64,000 nucleotides of DNA from TPA_inf: Saccharomyces. Its lineage: Eukaryota. The notes beneath the pieces were generated by a model, which did not search any database, had not been told where the DNA came from, and saw nothing but the letters and a program-made list of their open reading frames with translations. Position numbers and translations under genes: made by a program. This document shows positions 34,843 through 47,389 of the stretch, one piece after another; position 1 is the first letter of the stretch, and each line of letters starts with the position of its first letter. Location of the stretch: the NCBI GenBank assembly GCA_000146045.2, contig BK006948.2, forward strand, positions 992,001 to 1,056,000, read 5' to 3'.

Positions 34843-36048
34843 ATGCGAATCAACAGTGAGCTAGCGAACAAGTTTTCTGCCTCAACGGTGCACTTAGAAC
34901 ATATCACAACTGCTTTAAGTTGTTTAACACCTTTTGGTTCTAAAGACGATGTGCTTATATTCATTGATGCTGATGGGCTGTCATTTGTCAGGGAGAATAA
35001 TCATGTGATAAAAATCCAACTACTGTTATCTCGGGAGCTATTTATGTCTTATTCGTATAGAAATGAAACTGAGGATCACATGAAACTTTGTGTAAAAATA
35101 AATCATATCTTAGATAGCGTTAGCGTGATGAACAGGAATTCGGATGACATTGTTGAGTGTACTTTATCTTATGATGGACATGGATCACCATTTGTACTAA
35201 TATTTGAAGACTCGTTCATTTCTGAGAGAGTGGAGTACTCTACCTACTTAATTAAGGATTTTGATACTAATGGACTAGAACTCGATAGAGAAAGGATAAG
35301 CTTTGAGGCAATTATTAAGGGCGAAGCCCTTCATTCAGCCTTAAAGGATCTAAAAGAAATCGGATGCAAAGAGTGCTATGTATATGCAAAGACCGAGGCG
35401 AATGATGAGAATGTATTTGCCCTGATATCTAAATCTCAGCTAGGATTTTCTAAAATAAAATTACCCAGTAACAGATCCATACTAGAGAAGTTACAAGTAT
35501 TTGACGGAGATTCCACAACAGTAATAGATGGTTTTGCTGTAATTGGGTTCTTCGATTTCACCTCGTTTGATAAAATCAGAAAGAGTACTAAAATTGCAAG
35601 CAAAGTCCTTTTCAGGATGGATGTTCATGGCGTATTGAGTGTAAATATTCTAAGTCAAACAGACGATGTCATTATCACTGATACTACAAGACCTTCAAAT
35701 AATCGACCAGGTAGTATTCGCCAACTGCAGCTACCCAAGGATTATCCCGGTATAGTAATTGAGGTTTGCATGCTAGAAAAAGAATCCATAGATGAGGCAG
35801 CACAGACAGAAATAGAACTCCTGATGGAGACTAATGAACTTGGCAATCGTAATAGTTTTAAAAAATCAACTATAAGAAAAAGATATGGTACAGATAAAGG
35901 CAATGAAACTTCAAATGACAACTTGCTGCAATTGAATGGGAAAAAAATTAAACTACCATCTGAAGAAGAAAACAATAAAAACAGGGAAAGTGAGGATGAA
36001 GAGAATCACTGCAAGTATCCAACAAAGGATATTCCTATATTTTTTTAA
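34843..36048 (+). CDS. RAD17: DNA-damage checkpoint clamp subunit (9-1-1 complex) (401 aa)
   Basis: 401 aa; position and size match YOR368W. Confidence 0.8.
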   Translation: MRINSELANKFSASTVHLEHITTALSCLTPFGSKDDVLIFIDADGLSFVRENNHVIKIQLLLSRELFMSYSYRNETEDHMKLCVKINHILDSVSVMNRNSDDIVECTLSYDGHGSPFVLIFEDSFISERVEYSTYLIKDFDTNGLELDRERISFEAIIKGEALHSALKDLKEIGCKECYVYAKTEANDENVFALISKSQLGFSKIKLPSNRSILEKLQVFDGDSTTVIDGFAVIGFFDFTSFDKIRKSTKIASKVLFRMDVHGVLSVNILSQTDDVIITDTTRPSNNRPGSIRQLQLPKDYPGIVIEVCMLEKESIDEAAQTEIELLMETNELGNRNSFKKSTIRKRYGTDKGNETSNDNLLQLNGKKIKLPSEEENNKNRESEDEENHCKYPTKDIPIFF

Positions 36049-36193
36049 GTCAATATCCAGCATCGCAGAAAACGCAGAACTTCATTCAGCATTTGGTAAT
36101 TTTATAACATATAACTTACAATTAAATAAAAGTTTAACTATATATTATTATGTGATCTAACTCTAGAAAAAGTACTAATGAACATCACACCGT

Positions 36194-36625
36194 TTATTGT
36201 TGGGAGAAGTGTTCCATGATCATGGACAATTCATCAGTTTCAGCACCCCAGTTCTTGACAACAACAACGGAGGCACCGACAACCTTTCTGGCGTTACCTT
36301 CACGGTCGATCTTACCCAAACCAGCCCATTCACCTAATTGCTTAGCATCAGCAACCTTGATCAATGGAACCTTGTTTTCTGGGTCGTTAGCCAAACCTTC
36401 AACCAACTTGATAATGTTAGCTTCAGTAACAGAGCTGACCAAAACAACCAATAAAGCTTCACCTCTGGTTAAAGCCTTGGTAGATTCTCTCAAACCTCTA
36501 GCTAGACCATCGTGAACCAAAGCGGTTCTCAAAACAACCTTCAAAGCATCTTCGATAGTAACTTCGGCAGTTTGTTCAACAACAGTTTCTTCTTGAACTT
36601 CAACGACTTCTTCAACGTCAGACAT
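36194..36625 (-). CDS. RPS12: 40S ribosomal protein S12 (143 aa)
   Basis: Track start at 36637 is TTG; ATG at 36623-36625 gives MSDVEEV..., 143 aa. L7Ae-family fold. High codon bias. Confidence 0.9.
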
Positions 36626-37182
36626 TTTTCTTCTCAATAATATATAGTCTAGTTTTTGACTTCTTCGACAGTAAGATAATTAAACTGCTCCGTGAAGAGT
36701 TTTGAATTGGGAAAAACAATTGAACAAGGAACACTTATAGACCTGTTGTGATAAGAGATGACATAACTTTTATAATATGTCCTGCGGAGAATTCGATGAA
36801 ATTTTGCAAATTGTAAGTTTGCTTGAAAGTTTGCTTGCGGGTAAGGTATTCTGAAAAAAATAAAATGATTCCACAATGGAAATGTGAAGATGTTGTAAAC
36901 AAATCAAATGTACGGATGCACAATGGTAAACAGTACTGGATTTCTTTTTATATCACCGTTGAGCCGAAACAAACCCCGAAATAACCATTTAATATGCCAA
37001 GATGTACAAACCTCGTCTTTGCTTATTCAACTGCTACATTCGCAATACCTCAATAACGAGGTGCGTATATACATGAAGCAGAATTTTTTTTTACATATAT
37101 ATACTATTCATTAACTTGTAAGAAGACATTAATCACCGTTTCCTGAAGGGAAAAAAATACTAAATAGAATATGTCTTGCTCG

Positions 37183-38994
37183 TCATATCTCCATTTCACC
37201 TACAAATTCACCGGAACCTTCCATATTGACATCGTCGTCATCGTCTATGGCATTTTCAAATTGTTCCGCATTAGCAACGCCGCTAGCCTGTATTTCATCC
37301 TCATCTTCAAAATCTAAATCGAAGAAGTCATCATCACTGCCAACTATCTTTTCGTATAAAACTTTGGCTGCGGTGACTACTTCATCATACGATATCTCAG
37401 CAGAAGGCATGGTTGTATATATGACGCCATTATCACTCGCACCGGGAATATACTTTTTTTCCAAATCTTGATTTACATCAAAGAAGGAGGAGTTAACTAC
37501 ACCAAAGGGTGGCGTGGATGTGTATTGGGTATAATAAAGTTTAAATAAGAACTGTAATCTTTCCCTAGGAACATACTCCTTAAAAGATTGGCCTAACTTA
37601 ACTGAATTTACTATTGTATGACCATTTCCCGTTAGTTGAACAATTTCTTCGTCGTTCTCTAAACCTGAAGACGATTCCCTTAGCAGGGCCATTTCCATAG
37701 CTTCTAGAGCGGCATCAATGTCCATTTCAGCACGTGGGCCTTGTTCTGTGGTCGATAAATACCATACAATAGTTCCTTCTGGACAAATTTCGCTGCCAGC
37801 ACCGAGAATAAAGGCTTGTACTACTTCCTTATTACCAGATTTCAAAGAGCCAGGAGGGAAGACTACCATGGCGGCCGATTCACCCTCATTGAACCATTCA
37901 GTACAGGGGTTTTCAACTATACAGGTCAAACGATGAACCTGGTACTGTTGTTGAGGGACATGCTTACTGTCTTTAGGTGCTTGCGTAGGCGATATTATCA
38001 CTTTCTCTGAAACTTCAACTTTGGATCCATCTTGGAATGTGGCCACTTTAGTTGTAGGGTTGAAGGATACCAATTTCTCATTGAGTTTGTAAGTAGCGCC
38101 ACCTACAGCGGCAGATCTACAAAACCCTTGCGACAATTCTCCTGGCCCACCATACTTGGAGCATAGTGCAGGGAATGGTCCATAAACATCGAAACTAGTT
38201 AGATATCGACGAATCCTTTGTAAAGCTTCTGGTACTTTTACGTTGAGATCATAACATAACCCAATTGAGAAGATTAATTCGAAGACTTGTGGTTTTTCTA
38301 ATTTAAACTTTTCCCCTAAAAAATCAGACATGGTCCTCTCCGCGTAGGGTTGCCATATTTCCGTTTGTGCTTCCCAGTTGAGTACGAATTTGATAAATTT
38401 CATTAAGTTCCTCTTTGTCATTAGTGGTAGGTTTTGATCCGTGAATATTTCTTGCTTTGTATTTGTTAGTTTTTCGAAACAATCATTTTCATAAGTATGG
38501 AAATTAGATAAAGATTGGAATTCTAAATACTGGTGAACTCTTGATTTGATTAAGATGGATAATAAATCAGATTTTGCAAATAGGATCTTCGGGGAAAGAT
38601 CAATACCGAAATCTCTTGAAGAATATTTACCACTACCGATTAGCGTGGATACATACAACTTCGCATTTTTATAGCAACTTACTGAGCCTTCATTAACTTC
38701 ATTTACCCATCTTTTGATTTGGTCTACAGTTAGTGTGGCTGAAGTGTCACCGTAATAATCATTCTTATCAATATGAAGGACATTGGAACCTTGCCAAGCT
38801 AATGCAGCAGCCAATACACTCTCTACCATACCAGTCCCTGCGATTAAAACATCAACTTTATCTGGTGTAGTGGCTGGCAAAGGGTCTTCAATACCGGCTA
38901 AATGCGGGACAACTAGAGGACTTGGATTTTGAGTAAAACTGAAAAATGATGGGCGGCGTTCTGCCATGGATGGTCTACGTTCAGGACTTAACAT
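37183..38994 (-). CDS. MRS6: Rab escort protein (REP) (603 aa)
   Basis: GDI/REP FAD-fold signature (GTGMVESVLAAALAWQGSNVLHIDKNDYYG). Confidence 0.9.
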   Translation of the reverse strand: MLSPERRPSMAERRPSFFSFTQNPSPLVVPHLAGIEDPLPATTPDKVDVLIAGTGMVESVLAAALAWQGSNVLHIDKNDYYGDTSATLTVDQIKRWVNEVNEGSVSCYKNAKLYVSTLIGSGKYSSRDFGIDLSPKILFAKSDLLSILIKSRVHQYLEFQSLSNFHTYENDCFEKLTNTKQEIFTDQNLPLMTKRNLMKFIKFVLNWEAQTEIWQPYAERTMSDFLGEKFKLEKPQVFELIFSIGLCYDLNVKVPEALQRIRRYLTSFDVYGPFPALCSKYGGPGELSQGFCRSAAVGGATYKLNEKLVSFNPTTKVATFQDGSKVEVSEKVIISPTQAPKDSKHVPQQQYQVHRLTCIVENPCTEWFNEGESAAMVVFPPGSLKSGNKEVVQAFILGAGSEICPEGTIVWYLSTTEQGPRAEMDIDAALEAMEMALLRESSSGLENDEEIVQLTGNGHTIVNSVKLGQSFKEYVPRERLQFLFKLYYTQYTSTPPFGVVNSSFFDVNQDLEKKYIPGASDNGVIYTTMPSAEISYDEVVTAAKVLYEKIVGSDDDFFDLDFEDEDEIQASGVANAEQFENAIDDDDDVNMEGSGEFVGEMEI

Positions 38995-39370
38995 AACTTT
39001 TTTTCGGTCAATATTAGTCTTCCTTTTTTTATTTGTATTATAGAAACTGAAATGTTGCTGTTAAACCCTTAAAAAAACAGTAATAAATTAAACTTAAATG
39101 TTTATATCCGAAGGCAGTATCCTAGTGTCTTTTAGTTTATTATCGCAATGTGATAGTTTATCTTTCAATAATGATGGAACGGAATAAAAATTTTTCTTGT
39201 ACTGATTGAATTTAGTTGCGAATTAACCGTACGCACAATCAGTGTATATTACTTCTGTAAAATCAAATGTGCAACAACTTTTGAATATATTTAATGACGG
39301 GAAAAGAACACGGGAAACGCTACTATTGTTGTATAGTGCGATATAGAACCTTTTTTTATCTTCTTCACTT

Positions 39371-39394
39371 GTTCTGTTTTCTTTTTTTTTTTTT
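39371..39394. repeat. Homopolymeric dT24 (dA24 on the MRS6 coding strand) in the MRS6 promoter / GPB1 3' region
   Basis: 24 consecutive T. Confidence 0.95.
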
Positions 39395-39488
39395 TTTTTT
39401 TTTTCAAGTTCCACGAAAAAATTTTCTCGTTTTCCTTTAGTCACTCTTGTCACATAAGGATTATCCGAACCCCGCCCCGCGGAATTAA

Positions 39489-42182
39489 TTAGTTGGCTAG
39501 ATTCATGCTTGGTAGAATGAATTGTAAGACAGCTCCTCTCAAGTAAAGGCTCGAAATGTCTTCGCGACCGGCTACTACACCTCCTATTAAGGTCATGGTT
39601 CCTTTGACCAGTTCTATAGTACCTGCGACGGCCAATACTTGGTGGGGTGTGCCGACATGAGGATCCATAATGACAGATTCTTTAGTATCTCCATCATTTC
39701 GTATTAGCTTGCAACCTTGAAGGCATTGTGTATTTAAATCCACGACATTTATAACGCCACTTCCGAGTGGAACACCCGATATTACTTCTTCAGGAAGAGT
39801 TTCGTCCCGGTATATTCGGTCAACATCACCTTGTCGTAGACCCCCGATAAGCACAACCTTGTGGCCTACAGTTGTCATTGAGTGTCCTACCATACATAAG
39901 TTGATAGGTACCAAACCATCAGATTCCTCTTGTGTTTTGGCATAAAGGTCTATTTTAGTCCAGGTTTCGGAATCGAAGTCAAACCACCACATATCGCTGC
40001 AAACGTCATAGCCATCTGAACCTCCGTGGAACGCAATAGTTCTTCCGATTGATGCACATTTTTTTGATGGATTCAATGGTGGTGTATGTTTAGGGCTTGT
40101 GGGAGGACTGGATGTGGTATTCCTGGTAGACTTTGAAGAAGTGTCTTCACTAGTACTATTATTAGAATTGGAAATATGCATACTATCGCGACCACTCTTC
40201 TTCTCCTTCCTTGAATGTGGGATATTCGGAAAAAGTGGTTGAGAAGGCTTATTTCCTGGGCGTATTTCCAAATCGATGGAGAAGTCATTTTTCAAGTTCC
40301 TCAGTAATCTCGTTTCTATGGGTTCAACATCCTTGGTAAAATAATCTGGTACACAGCACGCTGAAAAGGCTCTTCTGCTCGGCCATAATTCTGGATCATC
40401 AATAATAGGGATCTTAGTAGCAGTTACAGTATCTGCAAATTTATAATAATTACGTTTCCCACGAGAAACTACAGGGATATTTATCTTCCACATGTCATTC
40501 ATAGCTTCATACTTGTCGTCACCAGTCTGACTATACCCTCCAAAGATCAGAATGGTATTAACAGATGAGCAAATGTGTGTTGCTGTGCTACAATGTTTGG
40601 AAGAGAGACTATCTGTAGACCTTGGGTTTGTTACAGGTGGAATTGCATCATCCTCTAAATAGTCCGTACTTCCTGGTGAACCAACCAAATCATCTATTTT
40701 GTGATCCCCATTACCTTGGCGATATGGGCTTATCGACCTTCTTCCTTTCGCACTTGTTGTGGTATTTTCATTGGATACATTGTTGTTGGAATTACTTATT
40801 GATGCCTGCATGTGACCAAATCTTGGCGAGAAATTATTGTAAATTGCAAACTGGTACGGAGGAGCGACTAATTCAATCTTTGAGAAATTGAACGTCACTG
40901 TATCTAGAATGTAACCAGTATTGTTCAAAAAAGCTCTTTTTCTTATAAAATATCTTCCCTTATCATCAACTTGGGTTTCCGACTTGATTTCAAACCCGCC
41001 ATACAAAAAGATATGCCTTTCAGTTAATTTACAGCCCTGGGTGCACACCAGTGGGGGCGGAATGTAACCAGAAATATCAGGTCTTGTTAGTCTGGAAGAA
41101 GTCAAGGAAAAACAGTACAAGTGAGGATTAGGAATCATGGATGGGTTATTAATTAGCTCTGGTATTAGTGGTGGCGGTAAATTCTTTATGCCATCCACGT
41201 AAAAATCCTTTAGATCAGGCGCTTCCTCATCATATCTATGACATGCCATCAAACCACCGACAATAAATAATTGGTCGTTCAACTCGACAGAACAATGATA
41301 TGAAAGGGATGGAAGTTTATATTCTGAAAATATTGAAGCGATTACAGAAGAACCCGAAAAAGTGTCATAACTTCTAGGAACACAGTCTGTACCATTGATA
41401 AAGAGTGGACATGTCTTGTTCTTGAAAATGTCTAAATCTGATTCCGAGAATGTTGGAATCGGCGTTGTTAACCTTACATCTTCCGGTTTCGAACTTGATA
41501 CTAATAAAAATCTAAATCTTCTAGTGATCATTGGCATCCATAAATTATGCCTTTTTAAAACATCACTGTCCCTTAGGTCTACCGTCAAAAGCTTTTTATA
41601 ATACTTAAAGTACGATATTGTCGAACGTGAGCGAAGAATTTCCAATCTTTCTGACGAATAATGGAAAGCACCATGGCACTTGGCATTACACTCGTCGTCA
41701 GTATTATCTTCAAAATCGTATATATCATCTTTGCTCTTACGTTCATCATCGAGGTTCTCCATATTCAAGGCAGTGTTTCTATTTCTTACTGTCATTTTCA
41801 GCGTATATGGATCTACCTCATTTACGCAATTACTGACGAAATCGTTCAAAAAACAGTAGGTCTTTGTTCTCTCAGTGAAGCCTGTAGAAGAATCAGAAGA
41901 ACTGATTACACTTCCTTGCCTAAAGCTGGTAAAAGTAAAAGGTTTTCTTGATTCATAATATTTTTTCAGTAAGGCTTCATTTTCTTTTCTAATCCTAGAG
42001 TCAATATTGTCGCTTAACGCTTGGTCGAAAACAGAAACATAATTTGAAATATACTTTAATGAATCGTATTGCTCCCTGTAGTGAGACCTTTCCTCTTTAC
42101 TGAGTTTGATATGAACAGCTGGCTGAATGTGTAAGGGATGAGCTTCTAGACTGTGCGATCCGAATGTGCTTGCTTGAGGCAT
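39489..42182 (-). CDS. GPB1: Kelch-repeat Gbeta-mimic protein regulating PKA/Gpa2 signalling (897 aa)
   Basis: Kelch-like repeats. 897 aa. Matches YOR371C. Confidence 0.8.
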
Positions 42183-42806
42183 TCTTATGTAGAAGAATTG
42201 GTACGGAAAGCCTTAAAGTAGCCGATATAGGGAGGTCGGCTCAATTTTTGAGTTAAAGAAAGTGCTGCTTTTGCAAGATTCTTCTCCTTTCCTTTAAAAA
42301 TGCCGATTTCGACTCGATATGTGACTTATGTGATGGGCACCATACCATACTAACAGCCATGTCATAATAATGAAATTATACGCCGGGGAATTGCTTTTAT
42401 GGGATACCCGGAAATTAGAGGGAATATCGTAAAATCTGGCAGTAACATCAATTAATGATACTTATAATAAATTGATTGAAAATAGTTACCTATTTACCTA
42501 ATCATATGTATATAGTTTAAACTCCTTAATATATATGAACATCCTGACGAACAATATGAAACCACAGAATAGTAGTAAAGAAAAGAAAAAATGATGATTA
42601 TGAAATAAAATGTAAAAAATGTCCTCGATTGATGTATGTATTCTTCGTGCCATAAATTTGTGATCGTTCTTTTTTGTTTTTAAGATATTTTCAAAATGTT
42701 GTGTAATAAAAAATGTTGAATGGGATGAAACAAGACTAAGCGAAGGAGAGAAAAATGCTTGAAATTTCGATTAAAAAAAAAAGGTGAGATGCAAGTTTGG
42801 TTAATA

Positions 42807-44136
42807 TTACTGTGAATTGAATAAATTTCCATTAGATTTAGAATTACAGCTTTTCCTTGCTTGTGATTTCGATCCGGAATCAGAAAGTAAAGACTGTGAT
42901 CTTTTGAGTTTACTTGCTCTTTTCTTTGTTACGTTTGAATTTGAATTCCCTGCACTCGAACTTGCATTCAATGATGATGATAAAGATGACGATGATGTAT
43001 CCTGGTTAAATTGATCAATATTTGCCACAATAATTTGAAATTTGGAAGGTTTCTTCCCATTTTTTTTGATTCGACCCTTTGAATTATTATTGCCTGATTT
43101 GCTCTTAAAAGAAACTGTGTTTGAACTTGAAATTGGATTGATTCCCGTATCACTTCTAAAAGACCCCATCTTGGGTAGCTCAGGAATTTGTAAGGCAGAT
43201 GTACCTGTGGTTGTACTATGCAAAGAATTACAATTTGGTGTTGGTGATAAAGGTAATCTTGTCAACCCCAAATCAAACAATTGGTCATCCACATTGGAAT
43301 CCAGAATGTTATCTGATCTCGAAGCTAACAAGGGAATTCTAGAGTTATCCAATTTGGAGATAGATTTAGTTATTGATGAATTTAATTGGATGGTAGTCGG
43401 TGAAGAGCCGTATATGTCCTGTTTATTTTCGTTGTCCTTAGTTAGTGTGCTAGTGCTATTGATGGTATCCTGGGGGGTTTTAATAAATAATTTTTTATTG
43501 TTAGATCTTAGCGGCGTTCTCTGTAAGATGTTGTTGGCATTTTCCAGCCCTATGGATGTTGCATTAGTGGTAATATCCTTTCTTGCCTTCTGAAAATCCA
43601 CTAACGCGCTGTTAGACGATATCAATGCTTTTGCATAAGGTGTACCGACGTCATTCAGAATTTTTCTTCCATATGGTGTCAACGACAGGGAGGAGAACCT
43701 TTTTGATGGAGATGTCGGCAGCGGTTGATTGAACATGAGATTCATGTCAATCTTACTCAGAGGAGTGCGTGAAAATGCGCCGGTGCATGAAGATGAGGGT
43801 GTTTTTCCATTACTCTTCAAAAGATTGTTCAAATCGACATTGCTAAAAACATTCTGTTGTTGACCTGGGTTCTCTGTGGTGCTTTGCTGAGCACCGTTAG
43901 AATCTGTTACAAATCGAAGTGGTGTCTTTGCCGGAGTTTTGTGAAAGAAATTGAAATTGGTGGACGGAGAGTCCAACAAAAATTCTTTGAATTGCTCTGG
44001 GGATGCAACCAAAAATTCGCTGGGTAAAGAGTTGCCGAACTGCAAAACAGAAGAAGGTTGAACGTTGATATCGTCCAAAGTCTCACTTGTATCTGTCCTT
44101 GTGACAGCAGGAGGTACAAGTGAACCTAGAGCTTGC

Positions 44137-44170
<34 letters not shown>

Positions 44171-44471
44171 GCTGTTGTATCTGCTGATGATGCGGTAATA
44201 TACTGTTCTCTACCAACGACGATTCGTTGCTCGAACTGTTGTGAGCGTCTGTATTGGCAAAATGATCTTGAGTCTGTTGATACTGATTAGAAGAATAGGG
44301 CGTGGGGAATTGAGTCGTTGTAGGTAACGGACTGTTAAAATTATATTTGAATTCTGACATTACCTTCAAAAAATTTGTATCTGCATTATTGTCCGTAGAG
44401 GGCTGTCTTGAGGAAGTTGCAGTTGCCCCAGTTGAGGTATAATTTTGCTGGTAGCTTATATCTCTGTCCAT
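42807..44471 (-). CDS. NDD1: Essential G2/M transcriptional activator Ndd1 (554 aa) with poly-Q tract
   Basis: Track start at 44483 is TTG; ATG at 44469-44471 gives MDRDISYQQ..., 554 aa. Confidence 0.85.
44133..44177 (-). repeat. (CAA/CAG)15 encoding a Q15 tract (preceded by QQI) inside NDD1
   Basis: + strand shows (TTG/CTG)15 in frame. Confidence 0.95.
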
Positions 44472-44640
44472 AGTTGGAATCAATGCTCTATTCTGACCAA
44501 TTTATTCCAATTTGGACACTTTTTCCACCCACAATGCCGATGCCAAATATTCAGAAGATCCTTGCAGCTCCTTAAGGCTCTGTCCTATTTGTTTTGTTTT
44601 GTTCTTGTTTTGTTGTTTTTTTTTTTTGCGTCCCGTTTCT

Positions 44641-44647
44641 TTTCGCG
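44641..44647 (-). promoter_or_regulatory. SCB/MCB-like CGCGAAA in the NDD1-NUD1 divergent promoter
   Basis: + strand reads tttcgcg. Confidence 0.25.
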
Positions 44648-44833
44648 AGGAGGGTTACGCCAAACGCCAAAAGGCTTATGCGGGTAGTGACCTAAACTTG
44701 TTTACTGGAATGCTATTAACGATGCACAACAGATAATGAATAAATACAGATGAGTATCTAGGATGCCAGAAGTGTTCAACAATATTCAGGTGAAAAAATT
44801 GCCGACTAGGTTGAATAGTAAAAGCATACCGAA

Positions 44834-45517
44834 ATGGATATGGATACGCAGGAGGCAGAACTATCGAGCCAGCTGGAGAATCTTACAATAAATTCACCAC
44901 GAAAGCTACGCTCGAACGCGCACAGTAACAGTGGTAAAGTGTTTAAGGAATATGAAAGTAACCACGATTTTCAAGATTCAAATTTTACTTCCCAAGTTGT
45001 GGAACCTGCAATATCCGATTCTGTCAAAAAACCTCCTACAATGACAGTTTTGAACAACTATAGCACGGTGCATCAGAAAGTGCCGTCAGGTTTTTCAGGC
45101 ACGACTGCTACATCTCATCAAGAAGCTCAATGGAAGCAGTATTTCCCTGGTATTGGTAGCGGCGGTGGTACCAACTTTGGTGGCGCTGTTGGTACTGCAA
45201 ACAAAGTTCCTGAATCGGATCTCATTGTGAGCGACTTGGTTAAGGATTTATCTGGAGTTCTTGAAACAAATACATTTAAAAGACATTTAGATATGAAGAA
45301 TAAAACTACTACTATGCAGACCCATGAAAACCATGATACGATTAGTATTTCACATTCTAAAGATTTCTTTAACGCTGAGAAGGTCTCATCGTCGTTTTCT
45401 GATGACAGCGATTCTGGCCCAGCAGCTGAGGCACATGATGTATTTGATGGCATATTACAAAAGCAAAAATCGAATTATTTGGTGGGTTCTTATCCAAGTA
45501 ATAGCAACAACAAAAAC

Positions 45518-45551
<34 letters not shown>

Positions 45552-47389
45552 GTATTAATATTAATAATAAGGATAACGCTAGAACGAAGGAGGAGGACGA
45601 AGAGGACACTTCCAATTCTTTTGAATTTTCATCATCGTCATCCATGTCGTCCTCTCAAACTCAATCAGGCAGAAAATCAAAAGTTCTCAAGAAACCTCCA
45701 TTGAACACTATTTCACCCGGTCAATTGGGATATCAGTTTAACCATACACACGGCGCATGGGATCCGCCGCTGAACCAGGGCTTAGATGTGTCGAGTTCAC
45801 ATTCTCTGGACAATACATCTTCCAACCAGTCCCAGTTCGCCACAATGGTACCAACTGGAGATAATCACACTAACGGTAAGGCACCTTCAATTCTAGATAA
45901 GAAGGCGTATGAATTAACCAGTACCAAACCAGGTGATGTTGGCTACCGCCAAAAGAAAATACAAGAAGAAGAAAATCTAGCAAATAGCGATGACACGCCC
46001 CTAGACACACCAAAATTTAATGACCTTTTTACGAAAAATGGCACTAGAGCGAAGGTTAAAGGACAAATGCGTACCTCTCGTTCAATCTCTAATTCCAATC
46101 TACTAGAAGCTCACAAGAAACTAAAGACCTTCCCCGCTGAACGGGTTGAAGATATTACGTCCATTTCCGAAGTAAACACCTCGTTCAACGAAACTGAAAA
46201 GCAGCTAATATCAATCTTGACTAGTAAACTATCTGGTTCTCCAAGCTATGATTCCGATTGGGAAAAAATCCTGAAAGTTGACCTATCAAGGGGCAAACTG
46301 AAGAATATGTTTGGCATGCAAAGACTACTACCGAATGTATTAGTGCTAAACCTTAGTGACAATGAAATGAACACTCTAGAAGGTATACCCTCGAACGTTG
46401 TACAGCTATTTTGTTCAAACAACAAAATAACGAGCGCACATTGTTCATTAGCCGGATTCCACGATCTGGAATGCCTCGACTTATCGTACAACCTCTTGAA
46501 TACAAGTTTAAAATTTTTGTCACTTTGTCATCACCTGCAAGAGGTGAACCTTTCTTACAACTCCATCCAATCCTTAGAAGGGATAGGATCCTCCAGGATG
46601 AAAAAACTGAACCTTTCTAACAACGAGATTAATGGTATCATCGATTTCGAACAATTGATACTAACAAACAACTCTGTCGTGGGCGGCTGGTTGACCGTGG
46701 AAGTCTTAGATCTAAGCAACAATAACATAATTGGCGTAAGAAACATCAATTGCTTGCCCCGCCTGAAGGTTTTAAACCTCAATGGTAACCCGCTAGTTTC
46801 CATCGTGGAATCTTCTAAGATGGAGAACGGAACGTTGAGAGCGCTTTCCATCAAAAATACAGGAGGCGCGCTATCCAAATTACAAAATTACAAGTTGGAT
46901 GATCAATTCACGTTCCCCTACCAAAATCTAAAGATTCTAAAACTGGACGGCTTCGCTCAACTTAGCAAATGGCAAAAATGGCCTGCCACTTTGCAAATTC
47001 TGGAGATCAACGGCGGCCTGGCCTCCTCTTTGCCGCGATTCTCTTCTCTAAAATCCACCAACTTATATTCTCTAACTATAGCTAATGTTAGAGACTTCAC
47101 ACACTTACCAGTGGACCTCTCCAAGGAACTACCGTTCTTGCAAGAGCTACATCTGCCAGGCAACAACCTACAAAACGCACACAAGTTAACAAAAACTCTC
47201 CCACGCCAATCAGTAAAATTTCTTGATCTACGAAATAACCCAATCACGACACCACGCCACGATCGCGCCAGCACGAGCTTGCATTACCGGCAGTTGCTCC
47301 AGCTTGCTGGCCTCTGCCAGCAGCAATGTCCCGCCCTGGCGACCCTCTGGTTAGATGACACTCCTGCCCCAACTGCCACGAATCTGTAA
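44834..47389 (+). CDS. NUD1: Spindle-pole-body / mitotic exit network scaffold with C-terminal LRRs (851 aa)
   Basis: 851 aa. C-terminal leucine-rich repeats. Poly-Asn tract. Confidence 0.85.
45515..45550 (+). repeat. AAC + (AAT)11 encoding about 12 consecutive Asn inside NUD1
   Basis: Perfect AAT trinucleotide run. Confidence 0.95.

Noticed and set aside
36905-36920. Rap1-like sequence AAATGTACGGATGCAC, about 280 bp upstream of RPS12
   Set aside because: It has three mismatches to ACACCCATACATTT, including the critical CCC core (TCC here). An RP-gene Rap1/Abf1 site is expected, but I cannot pinpoint it confidently.
45324-45704. 126-aa plus-strand ORF inside NUD1 with a poly-Ile run
   Set aside because: It is an alternative-frame artefact of the (AAT)11 repeat, which reads ATA/ATT in another frame. 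It is wholly contained in the NUD1 CDS.
3018-47389. Apparent enrichment of meiosis/cell-cycle genes (MEK1, MSC6, RAD17, NDD1, NUD1) in one window as a possible functional cluster
   Set aside because: The genes are separated by unrelated housekeeping genes and have different promoters and orientations. Yeast has no operons, so this is most simply coincidence at a density of about 1 gene per 2 kb.
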